This document shows positions 1 through 9,428 of a stretch of 64,000 bases of DNA, piece after piece; position 1 is the stretch's first letter; each line of letters opens with the position of its first letter. Under the pieces are notes generated by a model, which was not told the DNA's origin, made no database searches, and saw only the letters and a program-made list of their open reading frames with translations. Made by a program: the position numbers and the translations under genes. This DNA comes from an uncultured Candidatus Melainabacteria bacterium (GTDB lineage: Bacteria > Cyanobacteriota > Vampirovibrionia > Gastranaerophilales > Gastranaerophilaceae): the NCBI GenBank assembly GCA_947090755.1, contig CAMUPF010000008.1, positions 3,901 through 67,900 on the forward strand, given 5' to 3'.

Positions 1-81
1 GAAATTGATATTGACATTGTTGTCCTTTCATTGCGTTATACCGGTGCATATCCGGTCAAATCCGGAAGCGTCTAAGCTTCT

Positions 82-1773
82 CTATACGTCAAGTCTTCTT
101 CCGCCGCGGCTGGCACTTACATCCTCTTGTGAATCCGGTGCTGCTGGCTTTTCTGCATAATGTTGAATGCTTTCTTTTGAAGATGCACAAACCGCTCTGA
201 CATTAGCCCATTCGCGAATCGCAAGAATCTGTTCCTTTTGAGTTTGTGAAAGCGGAACTGTGTTCGCAATAGCTTTTTCAAAATCCTCAAATTTTAATGC
301 GCGGTTTTCAAAAAAGGCGTCACAAAGCGCTGAAATTACGACCTGTTCGATTTCCGAACCGATAAAACCTTCGGTCATTTTCGCAAGAGTGGTAATAATT
401 TTTGTGTCATCCGGTTTTATTTCTGCACAAACTTCCGGATCTTTCAGACGTTTTAAAAGGTGAACTTTGAAAATTTCCTTACGTTCTTTTATAGTTGGCA
501 AATCAACGAAGAAAATCTCATCGAAACGCCCTTTACGCAATAATTCCGGCGGAAGTCTGTCGATATTATTCGCAGTAGCGATGACAAAAACCGGAGCGGT
601 TTTTTCCTGCATCCATGTGAGGAAGGTTCCGAAAATCCTTGACGAAACGCCGCTGTCGTTGCTTGAGGAAACACCGTTTAAGCCTTTTTCGATTTCGTCA
701 ACCCACAGAATTGCCGGTGCTACTGCTTCGACAGTTGCTATAGCTTTGCGCATATTTTCTTCGGAACTTCCGACTATGCCTGAGAAAATTTTACCTAAAT
801 CAAGGCGTAAAAGCGGCAGTTGCCAGATTGTACTCATTGCTTTTGCTGTTAAACTTTTACCGCAGCCCGGAACACCGGTCACAAGAACACCTTTAGGTGC
901 CGGAATACAATATTTTTTTGCGCGTTCAGACCAGGAATTGTTCCGTTTTAAAAGCCATTTTTTCAGGTTGTCTAACCCGCCGATATCGTTGATTCCAAGG
1001 TCGCTTTGAACATATTCAAGCATACCGGTTTTGCGGATAACCTGCATTTTTTCTTCTAAAATAATACTAATATCGCTTTTTTCAAGTTTCCCGTCGTTCA
1101 CCATCGCAAGCGCAAAAGCATTTTCAGCCTCCTGCATTGTTAGGCCCAGAGCGGCTTTGCACAGTTTTTCCTTGTCTTCTTCAGTAAGTTTTGAAGTGTC
1201 GATGCGTTTGTTTGTCGAAATCATTTTGTTTAAACGCTCTTTGATATCTTCAAGTTTTGGAAGCGGAAAATCGTAGATTACGATATCTTTTTGAAGCGTT
1301 TCGGGGATGGTTAAATCCGGTGAAATAAAGATGATATTTTTTCTGACGGCGCTTGTTTTTAATGTCGGGATTAAATCACGCAGTGAGCGTACGATTGTTG
1401 GGTCGGCAGGACGTTGCTTGTTGCCGAAGAACACGTGGAAATCGTACAATATAAACACTGAATCTTTATCATATTTTTCAATAAATTCGATTAATTTATT
1501 CGGACAGGTAGTATTGGGAAAGTCCTTATCGTCGGATTTTAGGCCGTTAGCCTGCGTCCAGACGAGTACTTCACGCGGAAATTTTATCTGCGTTTCGTCT
1601 GTGACTATTGTTTTTATAAACTTTGTTGCTCTGTCTTCTTCATAACTCGAAATGTAAATATATGGGAATCGCGCTCTTAAAAGGTGCGAAAGTTTTTTAG
1701 GATTTTCATTCATAACTTCTTTCTTAATCTCTGTTGACCTTTTAATGATAGCATATTTTTTACAATTCCGCAA
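82..1773 (-). CDS. AAA+ family ATPase (single AAA module with long N-terminal domain)
   Basis: 563-aa ORF. Walker A GVPGCGKS, Walker [28 protein letters not shown] region. Real start may be the internal Met at 1713 (MNENPKK). Confidence 0.8.
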   Translation of the reverse strand: MRNCKKYAIIKRSTEIKKEVMNENPKKLSHLLRARFPYIYISSYEEDRATKFIKTIVTDETQIKFPREVLVWTQANGLKSDDKDFPNTTCPNKLIEFIEKYDKDSVFILYDFHVFFGNKQRPADPTIVRSLRDLIPTLKTSAVRKNIIFISPDLTIPETLQKDIVIYDFPLPKLEDIKERLNKMISTNKRIDTSKLTEEDKEKLCKAALGLTMQEAENAFALAMVNDGKLEKSDISIILEEKMQVIRKTGMLEYVQSDLGINDIGGLDNLKKWLLKRNNSWSERAKKYCIPAPKGVLVTGVPGCGKSLTAKAMSTIWQLPLLRLDLGKIFSGIVGSSEENMRKAIATVEAVAPAILWVDEIEKGLNGVSSSNDSGVSSRIFGTFLTWMQEKTAPVFVIATANNIDRLPPELLRKGRFDEIFFVDLPTIKERKEIFKVHLLKRLKDPEVCAEIKPDDTKIITTLAKMTEGFIGSEIEQVVISALCDAFFENRALKFEDFEKAIANTVPLSQTQKEQILAIREWANVRAVCASSKESIQHYAEKPAAPDSQEDVSASRGGRRLDV

Positions 1774-1806
1774 TAGAAGAGGGGCAAATATCTTGCCCCT
1801 GTTGGA

Positions 1807-2947
1807 TTAGCGCTTGATACATCTTATAAGAGTTCCGCCGGATGTCCGTTCTTTAAGCATTCTGTCACCAGGCGCAAAGCCTATATAATAAGCTTTGTCC
1901 GCAGAAACGATTGTACTTGACCAGTATGAATTTGTGCCGTCCTCCAGTCCCCATAGTGTTCTGTTGAAAAACATTGAGGATAATTCTTCTATGTTTGGCA
2001 GCCTGCTTTCGCTGTCAAGTTGCTGGCACAATCGACCGGCATTTATTTGATTTCCCGCGGGAGCATTTTGAGGAAGCGGCAATGGCGCTACGACGACGGT
2101 ATCTGTCGGATAAAGCGCTGTAATTGCACCCATATCCTTGCCAAAAGTATTAGGGCCTTTGTTGCCGTTTAAGTCAAAAACAAAGTTTGCACACATCGTA
2201 GGCTGTGTGTATTCTCCGGTATTGGCAAGCCCCTGATTTGAGTTATGAAACCCGCAATTAGGATTATAGTAAACAACAATACTTTCGCCGTTTTGAGTTT
2301 CAAACGCCGCGGCTTTCGTATTTGTCTGGTTATACACGAAACTTGCTCCGTTAACGCTGTTTACGTGAGAACCCGAGAACATTGAATTTAAATCTGCCAG
2401 TGTTTTTGGAAACGATGAAATGGTTTGACCTTTTAGTGTTGTGAAAGTTGAGGTAATTCCGCAATCTGCGAGGTGTTCAGCGTCACATATATTGTTAATT
2501 TTAAGAACTTTTGCTAACCCTTCTGTAACGAAAGTTTCTGCGGCAGTGTCAGTTGTATCGTTTAATGTTCCGTAGCCGTTGAGTGATGGCATTAATGCGA
2601 TGGCCTGAGAGAATCTTGCATAAAGTGCCTTGCGTTGTGTGTTCCATGTGCGTTCGTTAATGTTACCCGTCAAACTAGGCAGCGTAATGGCCGCAACCAC
2701 GCCGATTATGGTTAAGGACAGCAGGATTTCGGCCATGGTAAAGGCCAAGCCGAGCAGAGCCACGGAGCAAGGCTTGCCTTGCGAAGAGACGAGCGTGCGA
2801 CGGTCAAGACCGCGCTCTTGACCGCTAACGCGAGCGGTGGCGTTTAACGCGAGGCGCAGTACCGGCGTTGCGTTAGCGTGCTCGGCTTGCCCCCCCCCCC
2901 CTACTGTACAGGCCCATATTACAAGGGGTTTCAGCTTTTGTGTTCAT
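1807..2947 (-). CDS. type IV pilin-like (prepilin) protein with DUF1566/Lcl-like C-terminal domain, paralog 1; frame broken at homopolymer tract
   Basis: ORF 1807..2763 carries A/FTMAEILLSLTIIGVVAAITLPSL (Phe+1, Glu+5 prepilin motif) and a C-terminal RLPNIEEL..YWSST..IRCIKR. SD GGAGG plus ATG at 2947 is one frame off and stops at 2873-2875. The pilin frame itself is open from 2943 downward. Confidence 0.7.
2764..2889. repeat. GC-rich hairpin-rich 126-nt block inside the leader-coding region of pilin paralog 1
   Basis: Stems gcaaggc/gccttgc (2767-2782), ggtcaaga/tcttgacc (2802-2823) and gctaacgc/gcgttagc (2824-2831 with 2870-2877). GC content is far above the flanks. No counterpart in paralogs 2 and 3. 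Confidence 0.6.
2890..2901. repeat. homopolymeric C12 (G12 on the coding strand) tract
   Basis: Counted directly: c at 2890, ten c at 2891-2900, c at 2901. Confidence 0.95.
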
Positions 2948-2976
2948 ATTATATACCTCCAAATTTTTATATTTTT

Positions 2977-3005
2977 ATTTTAAACTACGTTTTAGGCGCT
3001 GTCAA
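2977..3005 (-). promoter_or_regulatory. sigma70-like promoter for pilin paralog 1
   Basis: Minus strand reads TTGACA (3005-3000), 17-nt spacer, TAAAAT (2982-2977), about 30 nt upstream of the ATG at 2947. Confidence 0.5.
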
Positions 3006-3143
3006 GTAATTGATTAATTAGTGGCTTTTTTACATTTATTATGTTATATTGTTATTATCGCGTTGAACGCCGGAGGAACTTTTTACAAATCCATTCGTCA
3101 TAATGATTAAATGAATGGAAGTTGTGGAGGAAGAATTAAATTT

Positions 3144-4361
3144 ATGATGAAGAAAATGAAAACTACTAAATCTATTATTACATTGTTATTGGGATTGGCG
3201 TTAACGCTGCCATCAGCGGCTTTTGCTGACGCCCCTCAGGATTTATACGATTATGTTTGGAAAAATGTTAATTCTAAATATGTTGACCAGACTAATAACG
3301 AACAAAATTGGGCAAGATGGCGCCATAAGTACGACGCATCTATGAAAACACAGGAAGATGCTTACGTTGCTATCGCGACAATGCTTGCAAGTTTAAATGA
3401 CCCTTACACAAGATTTTTAGACCCGAAAGAATTTGCGGAGGAAACAAGTTCTATTCAAGGCTCTCTAAAAGGTATCGGGATTCAAATTGCGGTTAAAGAC
3501 GGCAAACTTATGGTAATTGCTCCGTTAGAAGGAACACCGGCTGAGCGTGCAGGGATTATCGCCGATGACGAAATTTTGGAAATCGACGGTGTAAGTACAA
3601 AAGGAATTACCGTTGATAAAGCGGCAGATAAAATTAGAGGTAAAGAAGGTACTTCTGTTAACCTTTTGATTAAACGTAAGGATAATGCGCCGAAAGTTTA
3701 CAGAGTTACCCGTGAAAATATTGAAATTAAATCAATTTCACAAAAAACTCCGCTTGATACTGTTGTTCCGCAAAATATGGGTTATATCAAGATTAGTTCA
3801 TTCTTGAGCCGTAATTTAACAAAAGAATTTACCAATGTTCTTGCGCATTCACTGGATAAGCAGGGTTATATTATTGACCTTCGTTCCAATCCGGGCGGAT
3901 TGCTGGATAATGCGATTAATATCTCGGATATGTTCTTACCGGGCGGTGTAATCGTAAGTACGGTCGACCGTGACGGTTACAAGGTTTCACAGCGCGCAGC
4001 AAGAACTGTGTATACAAGCAAACCGCTAGTAGTCTTGATTAACAAGGGCTCGGCGTCTGCAAGCGAAATCCTTTCCGGAGCGCTCAAAGATCACGGACGT
4101 GCTATAATCGTTGGTGAAAAATCTTTTGGTAAAGGCCTTGTTCAAGAGGTTAACCATCTGCCTATGAATTCAGGTATGAATATTACTATTCAAAAATATT
4201 TAACACCTAACGGAAGCGATATCCATAAAAAAGGTATCACGCCTGATGTGGTTGTTGAATTGACAGAGGATAATATTAAGAATAAAGACGACGTTCAATT
4301 GAAAAAAGCAATTGATGTCCTCGGAAATATGATTAAAGAGCAAGCTGTGGCAACCAGATAA
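3144..4361 (+). CDS. ctpA: C-terminal processing peptidase, family S41 (PDZ-containing)
   Basis: Signal peptide MMKKMKTTKSIITLLLGLALTLPSAAFA. PDZ region GIGIQIAVKDGKLMVIAPLEGTPAERAG. Catalytic GSASASEI and SFGKG motifs. The ORF is open from 3111, but the ATG at 3144 follows GGAGGA. Confidence 0.85.
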   Translation: MMKKMKTTKSIITLLLGLALTLPSAAFADAPQDLYDYVWKNVNSKYVDQTNNEQNWARWRHKYDASMKTQEDAYVAIATMLASLNDPYTRFLDPKEFAEETSSIQGSLKGIGIQIAVKDGKLMVIAPLEGTPAERAGIIADDEILEIDGVSTKGITVDKAADKIRGKEGTSVNLLIKRKDNAPKVYRVTRENIEIKSISQKTPLDTVVPQNMGYIKISSFLSRNLTKEFTNVLAHSLDKQGYIIDLRSNPGGLLDNAINISDMFLPGGVIVSTVDRDGYKVSQRAARTVYTSKPLVVLINKGSASASEILSGALKDHGRAIIVGEKSFGKGLVQEVNHLPMNSGMNITIQKYLTPNGSDIHKKGITPDVVVELTEDNIKNKDDVQLKKAIDVLGNMIKEQAVATR

Positions 4362-4364
4362 CCC

Positions 4365-4529
4365 GAAAAAATTTCGTTTGCGAAATTTTTGAGTGACATT
4401 TAGACAGCGCAGCCATGCGCGGCCCAAGGTTCAGCGCGAGCGAGCGGAGTGCGAAGGACGGAAGTCCGAAGGCACGTTTTCCGCGAGTCGAGCAAGACAG
4501 CGGGGCGAAAATGGCGGAGTACTGCTTTT
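4365..4529 (+). repeat. GC-rich repeat element, copy E2 (degenerate)
   Basis: AT hairpin gaaaaaatttcg/cgaaattttt (4365-4390), core tttgagtgacatttagacagcgcag (4388-4412), 3-prime end ggcggagtactgctttt (4513-4529). Shares these blocks with copies at 48750 and 50825. Confidence 0.65.
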
Positions 4530-4530
4530 C

Positions 4531-6894
4531 ATGAAATTCAAAGAGTGGATTTATAATAAAAACGCAAAAGAAGAAGTCGCTTTAACAAAGAGGCTTCTTC
4601 TTTCGCGCGGGTTAAAAGAGCCCGATGAAATCGAGGAGTTTTTAAATCCTCTTGAAATGAAATTAACCTCGCCTTATGACTTTACGGATATGCAAAAGGC
4701 CGTGGACAGGGTTGTTAAAGCTATTGTCAATCGTGAAAAAATAGTTGTTTACGGGGATTTTGACGCTGACGGGGTTACTTCCACCTCACTTCTTGTTAAA
4801 ACTCTTTCCCATCTGGAGGCGAATGTTGATTATTTTATACCACATCGTGAGAAAGAGGGGCACGGCCTTGATTCTGCGGCTCTGGTGAAAATTATCACTG
4901 CTAAAAAGCCGAAACTTATTATCACGGTTGATAACGGTATCAGCAATGTTAAAGAAGTTGCGTTTTTGAAGAGTTTTGGGGTCGAAACGATTATTACTGA
5001 CCACCACGAGGCAAAAGATGATTTACCGGCGGCACTTGCAATAATTAACCCGAAAGCGCCGAATGCTTTATCCGAATCGCTTTCTGCCAGAAAAATTAAG
5101 GAATTAACGTATCTTGCAGGCGTTGGAGTGGCGTTCAAACTTGCGCAGGCGTTATTAGAAAAATTTGATAAAGTGGAATTTGCGCTGAAAATTCTTCCGC
5201 TTGTTGCAGTCGGAACCGTTGCAGATTTAGTGCCGCTGCTTGGCGAAAACAGATGTTTCGTTAAGCGGGGATTGGAACTTATATTAAACCATGCAGGCCT
5301 GCGTGAACTGTTAAACAGTGCGGGCTATTCGCTTGAAAAACCTGTTACTTCCGAAATCGTTGCCTTTGGAATTGCACCGCGTCTAAACGCTTCAGGGCGT
5401 CTGGAAAGCGTTGATAATGCAATGAAACTCCTTTTGAGCGACAATCCTGCAGAAATTCAGATGGCAGTTCAATCCTTGAATGAATTCAATTCTATCCGTC
5501 AGACCCTTTGCAGCGATATCTTTGCTCAAGCCGACGAAATGTGGCAGAAAGAAGGCGCAAAAAGTTCTGCGGTCGTTCTGTTTCATCCTGAATGGCATAT
5601 CGGGATTATCGGAATTGTTGCGTCAAAATTTGTTGAAAAATACCATAAACCTGCATTTTTAATGACTTATTCAGAAGAAACCCAACAATATCGCTGTTCT
5701 GCGCGTGGTGTTAAAGGGTTAAATATTTTCGACATACTGGATGAAAATGCAGAACTTTTTGACGGTTTTGGCGGTCACGAACTTGCCGGCGGTTGTTCTT
5801 TTTCTAAAGAAAAATCCTCCTTTGAAGAAGTTAAATCGGCTATTAATAAAACTGTTAAAACAATGTTGAACGGTGAGGAATTAAAACCATTTATTGAAGT
5901 GGATTTGAAGCTTTCTCCTACAGATATTAATGAGGGGCTCCTCGAGCAATTAGAAATTTTCGAACCTTTCGGTGCATCTAACCCTAATCCGGTTTTTGCC
6001 GTAGAAAATCTTGTTATTAAAGATAAAAAGCTTATGGGGCAGGATAAAAACCATCTTAAAATTATTTGTGACGCCGGCGGGCATGAACTTACCTGTATAT
6101 GGTGGCAAAGAGGTGATGTGACGCTTGATATTGGCGACAGGCTTGATGCGCTTTTTCACCCTAACCTTAACGAATTTAACGGGAATAAGTATTTGCAATT
6201 AATCTTGCAGGATGTGCATTCCGAAGCAATTGAATACGAAAAAGATGCGGTTATACAAAATGAATTGAAATTTTTTGATCACCGCAAAAAAACAAATATT
6301 TTGCCGATGGTCAATGACTATGTTAAAACCTCAAAGTTTAATATACGAGTTTTTGCGGAAAGCAAAAACGTTATTGACACACTAAAGCCTTTTCCGGCTC
6401 TATCTGAGCGGGTTTTTAACCGTAATGGACTTGAAGCATGCGATTCTGTTATGTTATTTGATTATCCCGCTGACCGGCATGCGCTCGGCGAAATTCTTGA
6501 AAAAACCGGTGCGGGAACTATCCATCTAATGAATTATGATATTAAGCATTTTTCTCAGGAAGAACTGCTCCACACAGCATTTAAAATGTTAAAATATTCG
6601 GTAAACTATAACAATGGCGTTGTTGAGCTGTACAAATTTGCAAGTTTTTTAGGTAAATCATACGAGGTTTTAGGCCTTCTTTTTTCTGTTTTTGAGGAAA
6701 CCGGCCTTATTAAAATTATTTCAAAAACATCTCAGTCAATTACGATAACCCTTGACGAAACAGTAAATATTTCGGGAGTTCTTCACTGCACAAATTATCA
6801 AAGCCTTATGGAAACAGCCGTAGAATGTGAAGATTTCCAGACATTTTTGCTCATCGGTGACCTTGACAAGGTTCAGGAAGTATTTGCTATATAA
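4531..6894 (+). CDS. recJ: single-stranded-DNA-specific exonuclease RecJ
   Basis: DHH motifs DFDADGVTS and ITDHH, DHHA1 region GGHELAGG. ATG at 4531 (MKFKEW). The upstream 46 codons of the tracked ORF lie in the GC-rich repeat. Confidence 0.9.
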   Translation: MKFKEWIYNKNAKEEVALTKRLLLSRGLKEPDEIEEFLNPLEMKLTSPYDFTDMQKAVDRVVKAIVNREKIVVYGDFDADGVTSTSLLVKTLSHLEANVDYFIPHREKEGHGLDSAALVKIITAKKPKLIITVDNGISNVKEVAFLKSFGVETIITDHHEAKDDLPAALAIINPKAPNALSESLSARKIKELTYLAGVGVAFKLAQALLEKFDKVEFALKILPLVAVGTVADLVPLLGENRCFVKRGLELILNHAGLRELLNSAGYSLEKPVTSEIVAFGIAPRLNASGRLESVDNAMKLLLSDNPAEIQMAVQSLNEFNSIRQTLCSDIFAQADEMWQKEGAKSSAVVLFHPEWHIGIIGIVASKFVEKYHKPAFLMTYSEETQQYRCSARGVKGLNIFDILDENAELFDGFGGHELAGGCSFSKEKSSFEEVKSAINKTVKTMLNGEELKPFIEVDLKLSPTDINEGLLEQLEIFEPFGASNPNPVFAVENLVIKDKKLMGQDKNHLKIICDAGGHELTCIWWQRGDVTLDIGDRLDALFHPNLNEFNGNKYLQLILQDVHSEAIEYEKDAVIQNELKFFDHRKKTNILPMVNDYVKTSKFNIRVFAESKNVIDTLKPFPALSERVFNRNGLEACDSVMLFDYPADRHALGEILEKTGAGTIHLMNYDIKHFSQEELLHTAFKMLKYSVNYNNGVVELYKFASFLGKSYEVLGLLFSVFEETGLIKIISKTSQSITITLDETVNISGVLHCTNYQSLMETAVECEDFQTFLLIGDLDKVQEVFAI

Positions 6895-7065
6895 AAAAAG
6901 AAAGTCTCGTCAATAGACAAGACTTATAAATATACATTTACCCTAGACGAATAGTATCATGGACGATTCTTTTTGTCAACTTAATTGTTGTACAAAGTGT
7001 TAAGATTTTGTAATAATTTTGAACTTTTAATAATGTTTTTCGTTATATATATGCTTGCAGGCTGA

Positions 7066-7093
7066 TTGACATCGGTGTCTGCAATGGTATAAT
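7066..7093 (+). promoter_or_regulatory. sigma70-like promoter (extended -10)
   Basis: TTGACA 7066-7071, 16-nt spacer, TGgTATAAT with the hexamer at 7088-7093, about 30 nt before the 7124 start. Confidence 0.55.
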
Positions 7094-7123
7094 TTTATAG
7101 TTAGTGAAATTAAGGAGAAAATT

Positions 7124-7525
7124 ATGAAAAAATTATTTGCTTTATTCGCATTATTGGCATTTGCGTCAGCAGGCGCATCTTTTGCAGCCGGAACTTACAC
7201 CGAATCAGTGGTTAATAAATATACCTCAGGAGTTGCTAAAAAAGAACAGCAAATGAGAAATGACGCAGCAGCAAGACAAAAAGCTAACGATGCTAAAAAA
7301 GCAGAGTTCCAGAAGAAAGTAGAAGCTGATAAGGCAGCACGAGAAGCAAGACAGGCTGAATTTAACAAGAAAATTCAAGACCAGCACGCTGCAAATGAAG
7401 CTAAAAAGGCAGAGTTTCAGAAAAAAGTAGAAGCAGATAGAGCTGCACGTGAAGCGCAACAAAAAGCTAACCAACAAAAACTTCAACAAAAGAAAGATGC
7501 CTGGAATACATTAATGGGTAAATAG
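7124..7525 (+). CDS. small secreted coiled-coil repeat protein
   Basis: Signal peptide MKKLFALFALLAFASAGASFA. Two copies of AKKAEFQKKVEAD(K/R)AAREA. SD AAGGAG upstream. Confidence 0.7.
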   Translation: MKKLFALFALLAFASAGASFAAGTYTESVVNKYTSGVAKKEQQMRNDAAARQKANDAKKAEFQKKVEADKAAREARQAEFNKKIQDQHAANEAKKAEFQKKVEADRAAREAQQKANQQKLQQKKDAWNTLMGK

Positions 7526-7540
7526 GCTTTATTCATAGGG

Positions 7541-7566
7541 GCGGGGTATTTATACCTCGCTTTTTT
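7541..7566 (+). terminator. intrinsic terminator
   Basis: Stem gcggggta/tacctcgc with loop ttta, followed by tttttt. Confidence 0.7.
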
Positions 7567-7689
7567 AATAAAAACTTTTTCAAAAATAGGCCATGTGGCT
7601 AATAACAAATCTTAATATTTACTTTTATGCATGATTGTTTGTGATATTCTAATAATCATACAATTAGAGTTTCAGATAAGAGGATTTCA

Positions 7690-8631
7690 GTGTTAAAAGG
7701 GAAGCTGCAGATAATATTAATTACTTTCAACCGTGCAGAATGGTTGAAAAATACTCTTAACTCTGTTTTATCTGAGAATTCACCTGTTAAAGATTTTGAT
7801 ATTACGGTGGTTGATAATAATTCGACTGATAATACCGGTGATATTGTCAAGGGGTTTTGTGCGCGATTCCCTAATTTGAAGTATAAAAAAAATCGCTATA
7901 ATATTGGCGGTAACGCTAATATCGCCAGAGCTTTTGAAATGCCGGAAAAAGAGTATTTCTGGATTCTTTGCGATGATGATTTGTATGACTGGTCAGCTTG
8001 GAGTGAAGTTGAGAAGGCCATTGAGTCAAACCCTGATGTGGTAATAGTTTCACGTGAACAGTTGAAAAAACAAATAAATTTGGGCACGATTACAAAACAG
8101 CTTACGTTTTTACCGTCAGGTATTTATAAGACTGCGAATATTACTGATGATGTGATTCATGATGCACAGTTTAATATACCATTTTTATTCCCGCATTTAT
8201 CAATTGTTTGTGCTCTAATCAACAGTAAAAAAATAGATAACAGAGTGGTTGTTTCCAAAGATATTGTAATCCCTGATAATCTTAATCGTAAATATTTACG
8301 GGGAATAAATTCATCAAACGCTATGGCACGTAATACTCTTTGGATAACAGGTTTTATTAATTCTATCCAGCTTGTTGAAGATTCTAAAACCAGAAAATAT
8401 ATTCTGGATCATCTTCTGGTGCGTCCTCTGGGCTTTTTCTCAATTATAAGTGCAGAATTCAAATATAACCGTCTTTACTGCGGAAATTCTTTTAAAAACA
8501 TTTGTGATGTGTTCTGCGGAATAAGTATAGGGCAGAAATTTCAGTTTTTATTAGCACTTGTCTGGCTGGATGTTATCTATTTTATTAAAAAGTTTATTTT
8601 GCGCAATAAAAAATACATAGGAGAGAAATAA
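7690..8631 (+). CDS. family 2 glycosyltransferase
   Basis: GTG start after AAGAGGA. ITFNRAEWLKNTLNSVL..VVDNNSTDNTGDIV is a GT2 N-terminal signature. Confidence 0.75.
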   Translation: MLKGKLQIILITFNRAEWLKNTLNSVLSENSPVKDFDITVVDNNSTDNTGDIVKGFCARFPNLKYKKNRYNIGGNANIARAFEMPEKEYFWILCDDDLYDWSAWSEVEKAIESNPDVVIVSREQLKKQINLGTITKQLTFLPSGIYKTANITDDVIHDAQFNIPFLFPHLSIVCALINSKKIDNRVVVSKDIVIPDNLNRKYLRGINSSNAMARNTLWITGFINSIQLVEDSKTRKYILDHLLVRPLGFFSIISAEFKYNRLYCGNSFKNICDVFCGISIGQKFQFLLALVWLDVIYFIKKFILRNKKYIGEK

Positions 8632-9428
8632 TGAAAGTCGTAATCCTTGCAGGTGGGCTGGGAACCCGATTAAGTGAAGAAACAAAACTTGTGCCGAAAC
8701 CAATGGTTGAAATCGGCGGAAAGCCTATTTTATGGCACATAATGAAGATTTATTCTCATTACGGGTTTAACGAATTTATTATTTTAACGGGTTATAAATC
8801 TCACGTTATAAAAGATTATTTCGTCCATTACTACCAGCAATATTCTGATATAACTGTTGATATGCTGAATAATTCCGTTGAAATTCATCGTATAAAAACA
8901 GAACCTTGGAAAGTTACAATGCTCTATACCGGCCAAAATACCATGACCGGCGGACGTATAAAAAAAGCGCAGGAATATATCGGAAACGAACCATTCCTTT
9001 TGACTTACGGTGACGGGGTTTCAGATGTTAACATTGATGAATTGATTAGAAATCACAAAGCGTCAGGCAAAATCGCTACGATGACAGCGGTTCAACCGTC
9101 CGGCCGTTTCGGCGCGCTTGTTATCAAAGACGACAATATGATTACATCGTTTATGGAAAAACCAAAAGGCGATGAATCCTGGATTAACGGCGGCTTCTTT
9201 GTTTGTGAGCCTGAAGTATTTGACTATATTCCAAAAGGTGATGATGTAATTTTCGAACGCGCACCGCTGGAAAATCTTGCGAAAGACCACAAGTTAAACG
9301 CCTACAAGCACGATGGTTTCTGGCGTCCGATGGATACGCTTAAGGACAAAAACGATTTGACAGAAATGTGGGAAAGTTCCAACGCCCCTTGGGCTGTATG
9401 GCAAAATCGCGAGGTGGCTAATGTTTAA
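8631..9428 (+). CDS. rfbF: glucose-1-phosphate cytidylyltransferase
   Basis: MKVVILAGGLGTRLSEETKLVPKPMVEIGGKPILWHIMKIYSHYG is the characteristic RfbF/DdhA N-terminus. 265 aa. Confidence 0.9.
   Translation: MKVVILAGGLGTRLSEETKLVPKPMVEIGGKPILWHIMKIYSHYGFNEFIILTGYKSHVIKDYFVHYYQQYSDITVDMLNNSVEIHRIKTEPWKVTMLYTGQNTMTGGRIKKAQEYIGNEPFLLTYGDGVSDVNIDELIRNHKASGKIATMTAVQPSGRFGALVIKDDNMITSFMEKPKGDESWINGGFFVCEPEVFDYIPKGDDVIFERAPLENLAKDHKLNAYKHDGFWRPMDTLKDKNDLTEMWESSNAPWAVWQNREVANV

Noticed and set aside
4393-4530. 46-codon N-terminal extension of the recJ ORF (GTG start, Arg-rich)
   Set aside because: The extension lies entirely in the GC-rich repeat E2 and has no RBS. RecJ homology begins at the ATG at 4531, so this is an ORF-caller artefact of a stop-poor GC-rich stretch.
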